Virus record (IMG/VR): IMGVR_UViG_3300017913_002143
Location: 10,909-74,908 of that record
Reading direction: 5' to 3' (one strand)
Length of the DNA: 64,000 nucleotides
From: a virus
Taxonomy: Duplodnaviria > Caudoviricetes
In this document: positions 8,440 to 18,012 of the stretch, in pieces
How the letters are laid out: every line of letters starts with the position of its first letter
Position numbering within the stretch: position 1 is the first letter of the stretch
The notes under the pieces: generated by a model
Database searches by the model: none
Seen by the model: only the letters and a program-made list of their open reading frames with translations
What the model was told of the DNA's origin: nothing
Program-made: the position numbers and the translations under genes

Positions 8440-9763
8440 TTTAGATGGTGTTCTTATTGATGCAAAAAAGATACACTATGAATCGTTAAATGCTGCTCTT
8501 GATGATCAATATAAGATTACAGAAGAAGAGCACCTAAACATATATGATGGTCGTAAGACCAGACAAAAACTTCAAATGCTTACTGAGCTAAAAGGTTTGC
8601 CAGTAGAGATGCATGATCGTGTGTATGAAGCAAAACAACTACTCACAATCAAACTTATCAATCAACTATCTCCAATGAAAGAAATCAAACTCTTGTTCCA
8701 AGAACTAGAGGACTTAGGTTATTCCATTGGTGTATGTTCTAATTCTATTCGCAGAACAGTATTGACAGCTCTTGCAAGAGTAGAGCTTATGTCACATTGT
8801 TCTGTTATTGTATCAAACGAAGATGTAAAGAACTCAAAACCACATCCAGAGATGTATTGGAAAGCTATGTCTATGATGGGGTGTTTACCAGAAGATACAT
8901 ATATCATTGAGGACTCTCCAGTTGGATTACTTGCCGCTCAGAGATCAAGAGCCAATTATATTAGAGTAGACAATCCTTATGATGTCACTAGAGAGAAGAT
9001 TCTGAAGAATTTGAAAGGTAATGATATGAAACCAAAATGGAAGGATGATAATCTAAACGTACTGATTCCTATGGCAGGTGCAGGATCACGTTTTGTAGAA
9101 GCTGGATACACTTTTCCAAAACCATTGATTGATATTGATGGCAAGCCAATGATTCAAGTTGTCGCGGAGAATCTTGGAGTAGATGCTCATTTCATTTATG
9201 TGGTACAAAAAGAACATAACGAAAAGTACAATCTCGAAAGTATGCTTAATCTGATTACTCCAGACTGTGATATTGTTGAAGTAGATGGAATTACAGAAGG
9301 AGCTGCGTGTACAGCTCTTATGGCTAAAGAGTTTATCAATAATGGATCACCTCTGTTATTTGCAAATTCTGATCAGTACGTTGAGTGGGAACCATTAGAG
9401 TTTATGTATGAGATGCAAGAACGAGATTGTGATGGTGGCATAGTTGTGTTTGAAGCTACACATCCAAAATGGTCATTTGCAAAAACAGACACACTTGGTA
9501 TTGTAACAGAAGTTGCAGAAAAGAATCCTATCTCAAATCAAGCCACTGTTGGATATTATTATTGGAAGCACGGTGCTGACTTTGTTAAGTATGCAGAAGA
9601 TATGATAAGAAAAGACATACGAGTTAACAATGAATTCTATGTGTGTCCAGTATATAACCAAGCTATTGAAGATGGTAAAGTTGTACGAACATTCAAAGCA
9701 GATAAGATGTGGGGTTTAGGTACTCCAGAAGATCTTGAGTATTACCTGAAGGAAAAGAGATGA
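8420..9763 (+). CDS. HAD phosphatase + sugar-phosphate nucleotidyltransferase-like fusion
   Basis: N-terminal FDLDGVL..KPHPE..IEDS (HAD-IA); C-terminal IPMAGAGSRF..PKPLI, NSDQ and GLGTPEDL. Confidence 0.85.
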   Translation: MKLVLFDLDGVLIDAKKIHYESLNAALDDQYKITEEEHLNIYDGRKTRQKLQMLTELKGLPVEMHDRVYEAKQLLTIKLINQLSPMKEIKLLFQELEDLGYSIGVCSNSIRRTVLTALARVELMSHCSVIVSNEDVKNSKPHPEMYWKAMSMMGCLPEDTYIIEDSPVGLLAAQRSRANYIRVDNPYDVTREKILKNLKGNDMKPKWKDDNLNVLIPMAGAGSRFVEAGYTFPKPLIDIDGKPMIQVVAENLGVDAHFIYVVQKEHNEKYNLESMLNLITPDCDIVEVDGITEGAACTALMAKEFINNGSPLLFANSDQYVEWEPLEFMYEMQERDCDGGIVVFEATHPKWSFAKTDTLGIVTEVAEKNPISNQATVGYYYWKHGADFVKYAEDMIRKDIRVNNEFYVCPVYNQAIEDGKVVRTFKADKMWGLGTPEDLEYYLKEKR

Positions 9764-10494
9764 CAGTAGACAAATATTTGAACATGCAGCGTTCTCATTA
9801 TCATAGTGAGGCAAATAAATGGTCGCTGAAGAATAAGAATCCTGTTGTTGGTGGATATCATAAACATAATGCATGGGAAGATTATGACAAGTATCTATTC
9901 AAAGATTTTGATACAACAAACTTGATTGCAATTGATTATGGTACTGGTCCTGGAAGAAATATCATTAAGTTTAATAATAGATTTAAACAAATAGATGGTG
10001 TTGACATTGGCCAGAAAAACATTGATAATGCTAAGATCAACTTAGAAGATGCTGGCATCACTGATAGTCAGCTTTTTGTGTGTGATGGTAAGAGTACTCC
10101 TTGTGAGGATGAATCTTATGATGTTTGGTTCAGTGTGATATGTTTGCAACATATTGCTTGTTATGATGTGAGGTTTTCTATTCTTCAAGATGCATATAGA
10201 ATTCTAAAGCCTGGTGGCCATATCTGTTTCCAGATGGGCTATGGCGGTAGAGATACAGAAAGCAACACCTACAGAAACTATTCAAGAGGTAACATATTAC
10301 AGACTGCTGGGTATTATGATAATGATACAAATGCTAAAACAACAAACGGATTACATGATGTGAGTGTTAGTAATGAAGATCAAGTAAAGAACGATCTGAA
10401 GAAGATTGGGTTTACTGACATCAAAACAGATCTAAGACCTACTGGACCAGGATGCAGTCACAAACAATGGATATATGTTCAAGGGACTAAGTAA
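9760..10494 (+). CDS. class I SAM-dependent methyltransferase
   Basis: IDYGTGPGR motif I; GVDI; LQHI; LKPGG. Confidence 0.85.
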   Translation: MTVDKYLNMQRSHYHSEANKWSLKNKNPVVGGYHKHNAWEDYDKYLFKDFDTTNLIAIDYGTGPGRNIIKFNNRFKQIDGVDIGQKNIDNAKINLEDAGITDSQLFVCDGKSTPCEDESYDVWFSVICLQHIACYDVRFSILQDAYRILKPGGHICFQMGYGGRDTESNTYRNYSRGNILQTAGYYDNDTNAKTTNGLHDVSVSNEDQVKNDLKKIGFTDIKTDLRPTGPGCSHKQWIYVQGTK

Positions 10495-11243
10495 TGAAAG
10501 TAGCTGTATGTATCAGTGGGACGTGTACATCATCTAATCCACTAACAAGTTTGAAAAAAAATAATCAACGTCAAAAAGAAAAGTTTGCGGGTCACAACTT
10601 TTACTATGCAACCTACGATAGTTTTAGAAATGTATTTGAAGAAAACTTTCCAGACGACAATTGTTTTTATTTCAAAGAACCAGAACCAGATTATCATCCA
10701 TACACAGATGTACCAACAGATGCTCACATATCCCACTACTTCACAGAACGTGTAAACTGGGCTAAAGGATTATCAGCAGAAAAGACAAAATGGACAAGAC
10801 ATCACGTTAAACAAATACTGATACATTCGTGGCTTGTTGATCAAATTGATCAAGATTATGATGTTATTGTTAGAGCAAGGTTTGATGGTTTCTTTCACAA
10901 GACTGCTGATTGGAAACCATATATCAAAGATGCATATGAGAATGGAACTGTGCATGGCTTTGCTGTAACAAGAAAGAATATGTTTGATCAGTTCTATGAC
11001 TCTCCTATGGAGAAAGGATCTAAGCATGAAGTGTATATGTTGGATCAGCTAATCATCCACCGTAGAGATCGCTTGCAAACTTCTATGGTATATAATCTAT
11101 ACGAAGAACATAAGCTACATGCAGCTGAGTTTGGTTGGTACCAAGTACTAAGTCATCCTTGGGGTGGTGTGCACAAGAACCATCATGGGTTTGTTAACCA
11201 TGATAAAAATATATTAGATCAGTACTTAATGGGGTTAAAATGA
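10494..11243 (+). CDS. glycosyltransferase-like hypothetical protein
   Basis: MKVAVCISG start and YDVIVRARFD motif, seen in glycan-locus proteins; operon context. Confidence 0.5.
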   Translation: MKVAVCISGTCTSSNPLTSLKKNNQRQKEKFAGHNFYYATYDSFRNVFEENFPDDNCFYFKEPEPDYHPYTDVPTDAHISHYFTERVNWAKGLSAEKTKWTRHHVKQILIHSWLVDQIDQDYDVIVRARFDGFFHKTADWKPYIKDAYENGTVHGFAVTRKNMFDQFYDSPMEKGSKHEVYMLDQLIIHRRDRLQTSMVYNLYEEHKLHAAEFGWYQVLSHPWGGVHKNHHGFVNHDKNILDQYLMGLK

Positions 11244-12136
11244 ATGTTTTGATTACTGGAAGCTCAGGCTTTCTTGGAAAGCATGTAGCGGACACGTTTA
11301 TGCAAAATGGATATAAGGTTTATGGAATATCCCGTGCTCCTGTGTTGGCATCATACAATCAATATGCTGTTGATATAAATGATTTTGATACAATTAACAG
11401 AATTGTCAGTGAGCGTGATATCAACATTATTGTACATACAGCAGGTAAGCCAGTCGTTCAAGACTGTGAACGTAATCCATATGATGCATATAAAGTTAAT
11501 GGATTAGGTACATCATCTATACTTGAATCAGCCCGATTGAATAGAGTAAGTAAAGTAATCTCTATCGAGACTGATAAGGTATATGGATACCAAGAAGTTG
11601 TTCCTACAAACGAAAATGCTATTCCTAATCCTGGATCTCCATATGAGTTTTCAAAATACCTTGCTACAGAGTTTGCAAAATTCTATAGGGACTATTATGA
11701 TCTTGATGTTATTAGTGTAAGACCAGCAAACTTGTATGGACCTTTTGATTTCTCTACAAGTAGAATTATTCCGAGAGCTTTGGATAACTTGAAGAGAGGT
11801 AAAGGTATTCGTCTATATGATACAGCTCTTAATATGAAACGAGACTTTGTATATGTAAAGGATGCAACCAAAGCAATCTATCAATTAGCAACCACACAAT
11901 GTTCTTCAAACATATACAACATTAGTGCTAATGAACCAATCACTATCAAGGATCTAGCTGACAAGATTGTAAACACATTAGGTATTAATATCCCACACGA
12001 TATTGTAGAGAAAGGAGATTCATATACAGAAATTCCTCTACAAGAGATTGATGGCGATCTACTAACAAAAGAATTTAATTTTAAGTACACACCATTTGAA
12101 GATGCTATCAAAGAGACTTGGGAAGCTATACAATGA
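11240..12136 (+). CDS. NAD-dependent nucleotide-sugar epimerase/dehydratase (extended SDR)
   Basis: ITGSSGFLG, YEFSK (YxxxK), RPANLYGP and RDFVYVKD motifs. Confidence 0.9.
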   Translation: MNVLITGSSGFLGKHVADTFMQNGYKVYGISRAPVLASYNQYAVDINDFDTINRIVSERDINIIVHTAGKPVVQDCERNPYDAYKVNGLGTSSILESARLNRVSKVISIETDKVYGYQEVVPTNENAIPNPGSPYEFSKYLATEFAKFYRDYYDLDVISVRPANLYGPFDFSTSRIIPRALDNLKRGKGIRLYDTALNMKRDFVYVKDATKAIYQLATTQCSSNIYNISANEPITIKDLADKIVNTLGINIPHDIVEKGDSYTEIPLQEIDGDLLTKEFNFKYTPFEDAIKETWEAIQ

Positions 12137-12798
12137 AGGGTATAATCCTACAACATTACAATGGTAAACTTGGTGAACTCGAGAAGCAATCCTCAGAGAA
12201 CATTAAAGCATATGCAGATAAATGTAATGTTGATTATAAACTTGTCAGAGGTATTGTTAAGCCTGGACTATCAAATCAATCTCAGAAGATGTGTATGTTA
12301 GATGAAGAGTGGGATTCATATGATGTTGTTGTAATGATGGATATTGATATGTTCACTCGTAAGGGTCAGACAAAGAATATATTCACAGATGAGACTGGTG
12401 TTGGTAGACACCATGGAATTCAAACACATCTTATAAAAAAGATTCATGATCAGTTTCCATTTCTTGCAAATCCAGATTATGCATATTGGGGTGGATCAAT
12501 CTATAGGTTAACAAAAGAAATGAGGCAACGTCTCAGACCACACTTCAACATGAGTGAGGCTACTCAGTTTAGTCATAACTATAATGATGAAGGGATTATG
12601 CATAGACTTGCAGTATTGGCTGGTATAAAGAATCATAAGAGTCATTACTTAGATCGTCAGCAATGGAATTATTCTAGTTTTGAAGATGGAGTTGAAGATG
12701 CTGAAATCATTCACATCAGAACAAAAGTTACACCAAACGGTCCAAAGAGAAGCAAGCTAGAGAACTACAAAGCATTAGTCAAAAAAGAATTAATATAA
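12133..12798 (+). CDS. GT-A fold glycosyltransferase-like protein
   Basis: VMMDIDMF DxD motif; start placed at the ATGA overlap at 12133. Confidence 0.6.
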   Translation: MKGIILQHYNGKLGELEKQSSENIKAYADKCNVDYKLVRGIVKPGLSNQSQKMCMLDEEWDSYDVVVMMDIDMFTRKGQTKNIFTDETGVGRHHGIQTHLIKKIHDQFPFLANPDYAYWGGSIYRLTKEMRQRLRPHFNMSEATQFSHNYNDEGIMHRLAVLAGIKNHKSHYLDRQQWNYSSFEDGVEDAEIIHIRTKVTPNGPKRSKLENYKALVKKELI

Positions 12799-13631
12799 TG
12801 AAGAATGTAATCTATCAATTTTGGGATGGTAATAAAAGACAGTCTGTAGATGCTGGTGTTAAAGCTATGAAGAAGTATGCTGACTATATTGGCGCAGATC
12901 ATGTGTTTGAGGATAATCCACAATGGATAAAAGGCCTCGGTATGGACTTTGGTAGCTACACACCACACTATGGAGCATTCAAACCATTATGGAGCAAGAA
13001 GTACCGTGAATACGACAACATCCTTTTTTGTGATACTGATATTTTCCCCGTTGATGGGATTACTGATAATATATTTGAAGAGTTTGATGGAGAACTCAGC
13101 ATATGTGAAGAAACGTGGCAACCAAAGCAAAGGACGATCACAAAAGGTAGAATCACATCTCAACAAGATAACCTTTGGGCAAAAACGGTCGAAGAAGCAT
13201 ATGGCTTTGATGTTCCAAGGACAGAAGAAGGGCTTGTCAAAGTTTACAATACAGGAGTAGTTTTATACTCTCAATCTGGAGCAAAACATGCTCGCGAGAA
13301 ATGGACAAAGTTCAAAGAGTATATTAACCTTATTCGTACCAAACCACTTGACAGTTTCTATACTTCAGATCAAGGATATCTTCATACTATGATGTTTGCA
13401 ACTGGTATGAAGATTGATTTTATGGATTCAAAGTGGAATAGCTTTATTCATGGTACAAGAGATATTAATCATGCAGACCGTTACATTGTTGATCATCGCA
13501 AACCAGATACATGTTTTGTGCATGCAATGTTTCCTGGTGCAGATGATATGAATGAAGAACAGTTACTAAGGATTGTTAATAATGATCCAAGTGAATGGCA
13601 GTATGATAGATTTGTTGTGAGGACTCCATAA
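12798..13631 (+). CDS. GT-A fold glycosyltransferase-like protein
   Basis: LFCDTDIF, YNTGVVL, DQGYLH and FVH motifs. Confidence 0.7.
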   Translation: MKNVIYQFWDGNKRQSVDAGVKAMKKYADYIGADHVFEDNPQWIKGLGMDFGSYTPHYGAFKPLWSKKYREYDNILFCDTDIFPVDGITDNIFEEFDGELSICEETWQPKQRTITKGRITSQQDNLWAKTVEEAYGFDVPRTEEGLVKVYNTGVVLYSQSGAKHAREKWTKFKEYINLIRTKPLDSFYTSDQGYLHTMMFATGMKIDFMDSKWNSFIHGTRDINHADRYIVDHRKPDTCFVHAMFPGADDMNEEQLLRIVNNDPSEWQYDRFVVRTP

Positions 13632-14170
13632 TGAAAGCTAAAATTTGGTGTTTAGGATTATCTCGTACAGGCACGACCACTCTTACAGAAGTATTGAAGA
13701 AGGCTGGGTATAACCATATTCATTATCCTACTGATGAGCAGATGTATGATATGAATAATGATGGTTGTGGTGATATTCCAGTGATACCAGTTTATCAGGA
13801 TCTTGATAAGAAGTTTCCTAACTCAAAGTTCATATACACAGTACGAGATAAAGAATCTTGGTTAAGATCTATGCATCCATATCTTGAACGTAAGAAGAAA
13901 TGGAATCAAGGTCAAAGACAGATTGATATAAGAAAAACTGTTTACGGTGACCCCTTTTTCGTGTATACTTTGTATAGTAATGCATACGATCGTTGGGATC
14001 GTGAGTTTCGTGAATACTTTAAGTATCGTCCAGATGATTTCTTAGTGCTGGATATACTTAACGGAGACAAGCCACAGAAGTTGTTTGACTTCTTAGGTAG
14101 TAGTTATAAGTTGGATAGTTTTCCACACTATAACAAACTTGTTGATGGTAGAGGTGTACAAGTAAAATGA
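13631..14170 (+). CDS. sulfotransferase (P-loop, PAPS-binding)
   Basis: CLGLSRTGTTTL 5'-PSB loop; KFIYTVRD..SWLRS 3'-PB motif. Confidence 0.8.
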   Translation: MKAKIWCLGLSRTGTTTLTEVLKKAGYNHIHYPTDEQMYDMNNDGCGDIPVIPVYQDLDKKFPNSKFIYTVRDKESWLRSMHPYLERKKKWNQGQRQIDIRKTVYGDPFFVYTLYSNAYDRWDREFREYFKYRPDDFLVLDILNGDKPQKLFDFLGSSYKLDSFPHYNKLVDGRGVQVK

Positions 14171-14871
14171 AAGCATACTGTATCGTAATACCTAATAATC
14201 AAGTATCGCTTGGTGGATTTAAAAAACTTAAGAAGTCACTAAAAGATACACACAATACAGAAAACTTTGACCTTGAGATGTTTACAGCAACAACACCTGA
14301 ATTTGCAAACGTAACTCTTGTTGGTGAAGGATTGAAGTGGACATATCCTTGGGATGGACAAACAATTGACTTTGCGTCTGGTTTGACACTGAAGGCCTAT
14401 CCAACACAATACAAAGAAAGACGTATTGCATGTTTTATGAGTCACTATAGACTTTGGCATCAGTGCGTTAAACAAGATGAACCAATCTTAGTATTGGAAC
14501 ATGATGCTCTATTTGTGCATAGAGTTGCACAGTTAGATTCAATCTTAGAATCTAAGTATGACATCATAGGCATAAACAATCCGCTGATGGCTACAAGACG
14601 AGCTCAGAAATATAAAGAAATTATTGAGAGCAACGATAAAGAAGTTCAACCTGTTCCAGCTATTGATGAGTTTAATGTACCACAAGGCCTTGCTGGAAAT
14701 AGTGCATATATAATTAAACCAGCTGGAGCAAAGAATGTTATTGCAGCTGCGAAAGAATATGGCGCTTGGCCAAACGATGCTTTGATGTGTAAGCAGATAA
14801 TACCAAGGATGGGTGTAACTAAAACATTCTACACCAAGGTGCAAGGACTTCCATCAACGACTACAGGATAG
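14167..14871 (+). CDS. glycosyltransferase family 25
   Basis: IACFMSHYRLW, LVLEHDA, AYIIKP..A and ND motifs. Confidence 0.85.
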   Translation: MKAYCIVIPNNQVSLGGFKKLKKSLKDTHNTENFDLEMFTATTPEFANVTLVGEGLKWTYPWDGQTIDFASGLTLKAYPTQYKERRIACFMSHYRLWHQCVKQDEPILVLEHDALFVHRVAQLDSILESKYDIIGINNPLMATRRAQKYKEIIESNDKEVQPVPAIDEFNVPQGLAGNSAYIIKPAGAKNVIAAAKEYGAWPNDALMCKQIIPRMGVTKTFYTKVQGLPSTTTG

Positions 14872-14874
14872 ATT

Positions 14875-15534
14875 ATGAAAGCATATGTGATCACAATAAT
14901 GGACAACGAGAAGTCTGTAATAGCTGCTCGAAGATGTATTAAGTCTGCAAAGCTCTATGATGTTAATGTAGAGATGTGGCCTGCTACTACTCCAAAGGAT
15001 GATCCATATAAACTGTTTGAAGCAAAAGGTTTGCCTCACGATAAGTTTGAAGAAAAGTATTCGCGTAAACTAAATTGTATGTCCGCTTTCCTGTCACATC
15101 ATTCACTGTGGGAAGAGTCTGCATTACGTAATGAAACAATCATGATCTTTGAGCATGATGCACACATTACTGGTATGCCTCCTGTAAAAGCAAACTTCCA
15201 AAGTGTTATTACATTTGCAAAGCCATCATATGGTCAGTTTATTACTCCATCAACTATTGGTGTTAATCCTCTCACACAGAAGACATACTTTGGTGGAGCT
15301 CATGGATATATGGTAAAGCCTCATGGAGCAAAGATGTTAATGGATGCAGCTAAGAAAGTTGCTGGTCCAACAGATGTGTTTTTAAATATTCAGTTCTTTC
15401 CATCACTAGAAGAGTTCTTTCCGTGGACTTGTGAAGCGAGAGATAATTTTAGTACAATTCAGAATGAAATGGGTGTGCAGTCAAAGCACAACTTCCAGTC
15501 ATTGAAATCATATGGTATAGAAGATGTCCAGTAA
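14875..15534 (+). CDS. glycosyltransferase family 25
   Basis: SAFLSHHSLW, IFEHDA, GAHGYMVKP and TD motifs. Confidence 0.85.
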   Translation: MKAYVITIMDNEKSVIAARRCIKSAKLYDVNVEMWPATTPKDDPYKLFEAKGLPHDKFEEKYSRKLNCMSAFLSHHSLWEESALRNETIMIFEHDAHITGMPPVKANFQSVITFAKPSYGQFITPSTIGVNPLTQKTYFGGAHGYMVKPHGAKMLMDAAKKVAGPTDVFLNIQFFPSLEEFFPWTCEARDNFSTIQNEMGVQSKHNFQSLKSYGIEDVQ

Positions 15535-16204
15535 ATACAAATACGATAATTGCGTAGTTACAGGTTGTGATGAAAAGACAGCTTGGCAGCTAGAGTGGTT
15601 CTTAGCAAACTATTCTCAGAATACAAGTGAACCACTTATTATTGCAGACTTTGGTATGAGTGAAGCCACTGTCAATAGGATTAGATTTGCTCCTGGTGTA
15701 TCGGGTATTATGGACCTTACAGATACACCAGATCAAGGTTGGTTTAACAAGCCTGTTACTATGATGCATGCACCTGCAAAGAAAGTTGTCTGGCTTGATA
15801 CAGATTGTGAAGTTAAATCAAACTTAGCACCACTGTTCCGTCTTTTAGAACCAAATAAACTAAACATGGTAGAAGACAAACCATGGACAAAGAGACGTGG
15901 AGAGATCTGGCATAACTCAGGTGTAGTTGGCTTTATAGATAGACCAATGATATTACATCAGTGGTGTAATGCTATTAGAGAGAAACCAGAAGTTGGAGAT
16001 CAAGAGGTACTGCATTCATTATTGAATCCTATCACTCGTATGACATACATTAATGATTTACCGTTTGAGTGGAACGTAATGAGACTTGCAACTGATCATG
16101 ATGGATACAAAGGTAAGATACGTATCCAACACCATACTGGAGAGAAGGGTAACGATAAGATTCGTGGCTTGATGCAGATTAGGAGAGCTATAGTCAATGG
16201 CTAA
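15524..16204 (+). CDS. GT-A fold glycosyltransferase (GT8-like)
   Basis: VWLDTDC, HNSGVV, GDQEVL, WNV and IQHHTG motifs. Confidence 0.75.
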   Translation: MSSKYKYDNCVVTGCDEKTAWQLEWFLANYSQNTSEPLIIADFGMSEATVNRIRFAPGVSGIMDLTDTPDQGWFNKPVTMMHAPAKKVVWLDTDCEVKSNLAPLFRLLEPNKLNMVEDKPWTKRRGEIWHNSGVVGFIDRPMILHQWCNAIREKPEVGDQEVLHSLLNPITRMTYINDLPFEWNVMRLATDHDGYKGKIRIQHHTGEKGNDKIRGLMQIRRAIVNG

Positions 16205-16817
16205 GACAGTTCATGTTATTGGTAACGGTGATGCTGTAAATTTTTATAATGAGGAGCAGAACCGCAAAGGATTAAAGTTGGTATGTAACATTCCTCCATT
16301 CAATGTTCCAGACCAATATGCAACTTGCATTGTAGACTTTAAGATGATGCAAACAATCGCAAAGGGTGAGATCAATCCTCCTGGTGAGTGGATCTTGGGT
16401 ATGAGACCTCAAGTTTACTGTCAACAGAATCCTGGTTTCCATATGAAAATTGCAAATAGAGTAAAAGAGTTTTATATAAAGAAGCCTTCATATGCCAATA
16501 ACTATACAGACTTTAACTGTGGCCACTTTGCTGTATATTATGCTGCACAGAAACTAAAAGCTGATCGTGTTCATATGTGGGGCTTTGATTCTATCTTTGA
16601 CTTCAACCTACGTTCATATACAGATCTTGTTCTTAATTCTGATAGAGGTAATATGAACAACCACAGGTTGACAGAGAACTGGAGACCTTTGTGGAAGAAT
16701 ATCTTCAACGACTTTTCTGATGGTCGTTGTGAATTCATTCTACATCACTTTCATGACCAGCTAAAGTTTAAAGTTGGTGATAATGTAAAAATTGAAGTAC
16801 ATTCAAAAAAAGGTTGA
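16197..16817 (+). CDS. glycan-locus hypothetical protein (Maf/DUF115- or sialyltransferase-like Rossmann start)
   Basis: VHVIGNG N-terminus and HMWGFD motif; last gene of the operon. Confidence 0.45.
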   Translation: MAKTVHVIGNGDAVNFYNEEQNRKGLKLVCNIPPFNVPDQYATCIVDFKMMQTIAKGEINPPGEWILGMRPQVYCQQNPGFHMKIANRVKEFYIKKPSYANNYTDFNCGHFAVYYAAQKLKADRVHMWGFDSIFDFNLRSYTDLVLNSDRGNMNNHRLTENWRPLWKNIFNDFSDGRCEFILHHFHDQLKFKVGDNVKIEVHSKKG

Positions 16818-16842
16818 CCCTATTTCAAATATGATGTATAAT
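16814..16842 (+). promoter_or_regulatory. sigma70-type early promoter
   Basis: TTGACC-17-TATAAT, A-tract upstream, GAGGAG SD downstream. Confidence 0.85.
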
Positions 16843-16862
16843 ATTACTAGAGGAGTATTATT

Positions 16863-17291
16863 ATGATTGTATTATCTATTGAAGGTGGCACTAACAAAGA
16901 GCGTGAGATGGCTTATGAAGCTGTTAACTTTGCTCTGAAGACTTTGATGCCTCGTAAGAGAAATATTGAGATAGAAGTTACGATCACTGATATTCCTGGT
17001 GATGCTGATGCATACCATTGTTGTATTGACAAAGGTGAGCATGAGCTTGAGATACAGACTGGTCTTATCGAAGAAGACTTTATGACAGCTGTGTTTCATG
17101 AAATGGTTCACGTTCGTCAACATGAGCGTGGATTGTTAAAAGATAATGGTATTCGTAAAGCCTGGAAGGGTGAAGAATATATCGGTATCTACGATACAGT
17201 TGATACATATATGAACCTTCCATGGGAAGAAGAAGCATATAGGCTTCAAGAGGAGATATACACAAAATGGATCCAGACATCAAAATTGTAG
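16863..17291 (+). CDS. HEXXH zinc metallopeptidase-like (SprT-like) protein
   Basis: FHEMVHVRQ and PWEEEAY motifs. Confidence 0.75.
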   Translation: MIVLSIEGGTNKEREMAYEAVNFALKTLMPRKRNIEIEVTITDIPGDADAYHCCIDKGEHELEIQTGLIEEDFMTAVFHEMVHVRQHERGLLKDNGIRKAWKGEEYIGIYDTVDTYMNLPWEEEAYRLQEEIYTKWIQTSKL

Positions 17292-17437
17292 AGAGACAGC
17301 TTGCAGAAGAAACTGCAGAGAAGTATTATCTAATCAAACGTGTCAAGGAATTGACAGAGGAAGTTGATAAGCTAAAGTATCGTCTACAGATGTTAGAAGA
17401 TCCACCAACAATAAGCGGTGATGAAAAAAGTTGGTAA
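17267..17437 (+). CDS. small coiled-coil hypothetical protein (56 aa)
   Basis: Translated by hand (MDPDIKIVERQLAEE...); below the ORF-track size cutoff. Confidence 0.55.
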   Translation: MDPDIKIVERQLAEETAEKYYLIKRVKELTEEVDKLKYRLQMLEDPPTISGDEKSW

Positions 17438-17464
17438 AAAAATGAAAAAACTTCAAAAAAATGC

Positions 17465-17493
17465 TTGACCCTATTTGAAAAATGATGTATAAT
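17465..17493 (+). promoter_or_regulatory. sigma70-type early promoter
   Basis: TTGACC-17-TATAAT, nearly identical to 16814-16842. Confidence 0.85.
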
Positions 17494-17524
17494 ATAAGGG
17501 TAGAGAGTTATTGAGGAGTTAGAA

Positions 17525-17680
17525 ATGAAAAATTATGATACGATTTTAGATGTTATTGGTCCTACTAAGAATGCTGTAGAAGGTGTAGAAGCCATCATGA
17601 AGGCTTTCGATGTAGATAAGAAGACAGCTGAAGAGCTGCTTGACAAGGCAATTGATTATATCAACAACTTTCAGTATTAA
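17525..17680 (+). CDS. small early hypothetical protein (51 aa)
   Basis: GAGGAG SD; translated by hand (MKNYDTILDVIG...). Confidence 0.7.
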   Translation: MKNYDTILDVIGPTKNAVEGVEAIMKAFDVDKKTAEELLDKAIDYINNFQY

Positions 17681-17694
17681 TAGAGGAGTTAATT

Positions 17695-18012
17695 ATGGAA
17701 AAAGCATTAGTAGATTATATCGTAGCACAGCGCGCTGAAGCAGAAGCATTCACAGCAGCTGCACCTGGTAACTTCATGGGTAAACTTCCATGTCATACTG
17801 ATACTGCTTATTGGTCAGAGCGTGTACCTTCTGGTACTCTTGCTGAGTTCCAGCGTACTGAGCTGGAAGAGGCAGCTTACTACTTAGCTGCTGATGCAAT
17901 GAGCAAGTCTTATGCTCGCTTCATTAGCGATAAGTTGTCAGATATGTCTGACGAGGAGTTGGAGCACTTCTGTGATCAGATGGGTCAACTTATGAAAGCG
18001 GATGCTGCATAA
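17695..18012 (+). CDS. early hypothetical protein
   Basis: GAGGAG SD. Confidence 0.75.
   Translation: MEKALVDYIVAQRAEAEAFTAAAPGNFMGKLPCHTDTAYWSERVPSGTLAEFQRTELEEAAYYLAADAMSKSYARFISDKLSDMSDEELEHFCDQMGQLMKADAA

Noticed and set aside
7211-16817. T4-style alpha/beta DNA glucosyltransferases
   Set aside because: The motifs are GT-A DxD and GT25 types and no hydroxymethylase is adjacent. DNA as acceptor is not strictly excluded.
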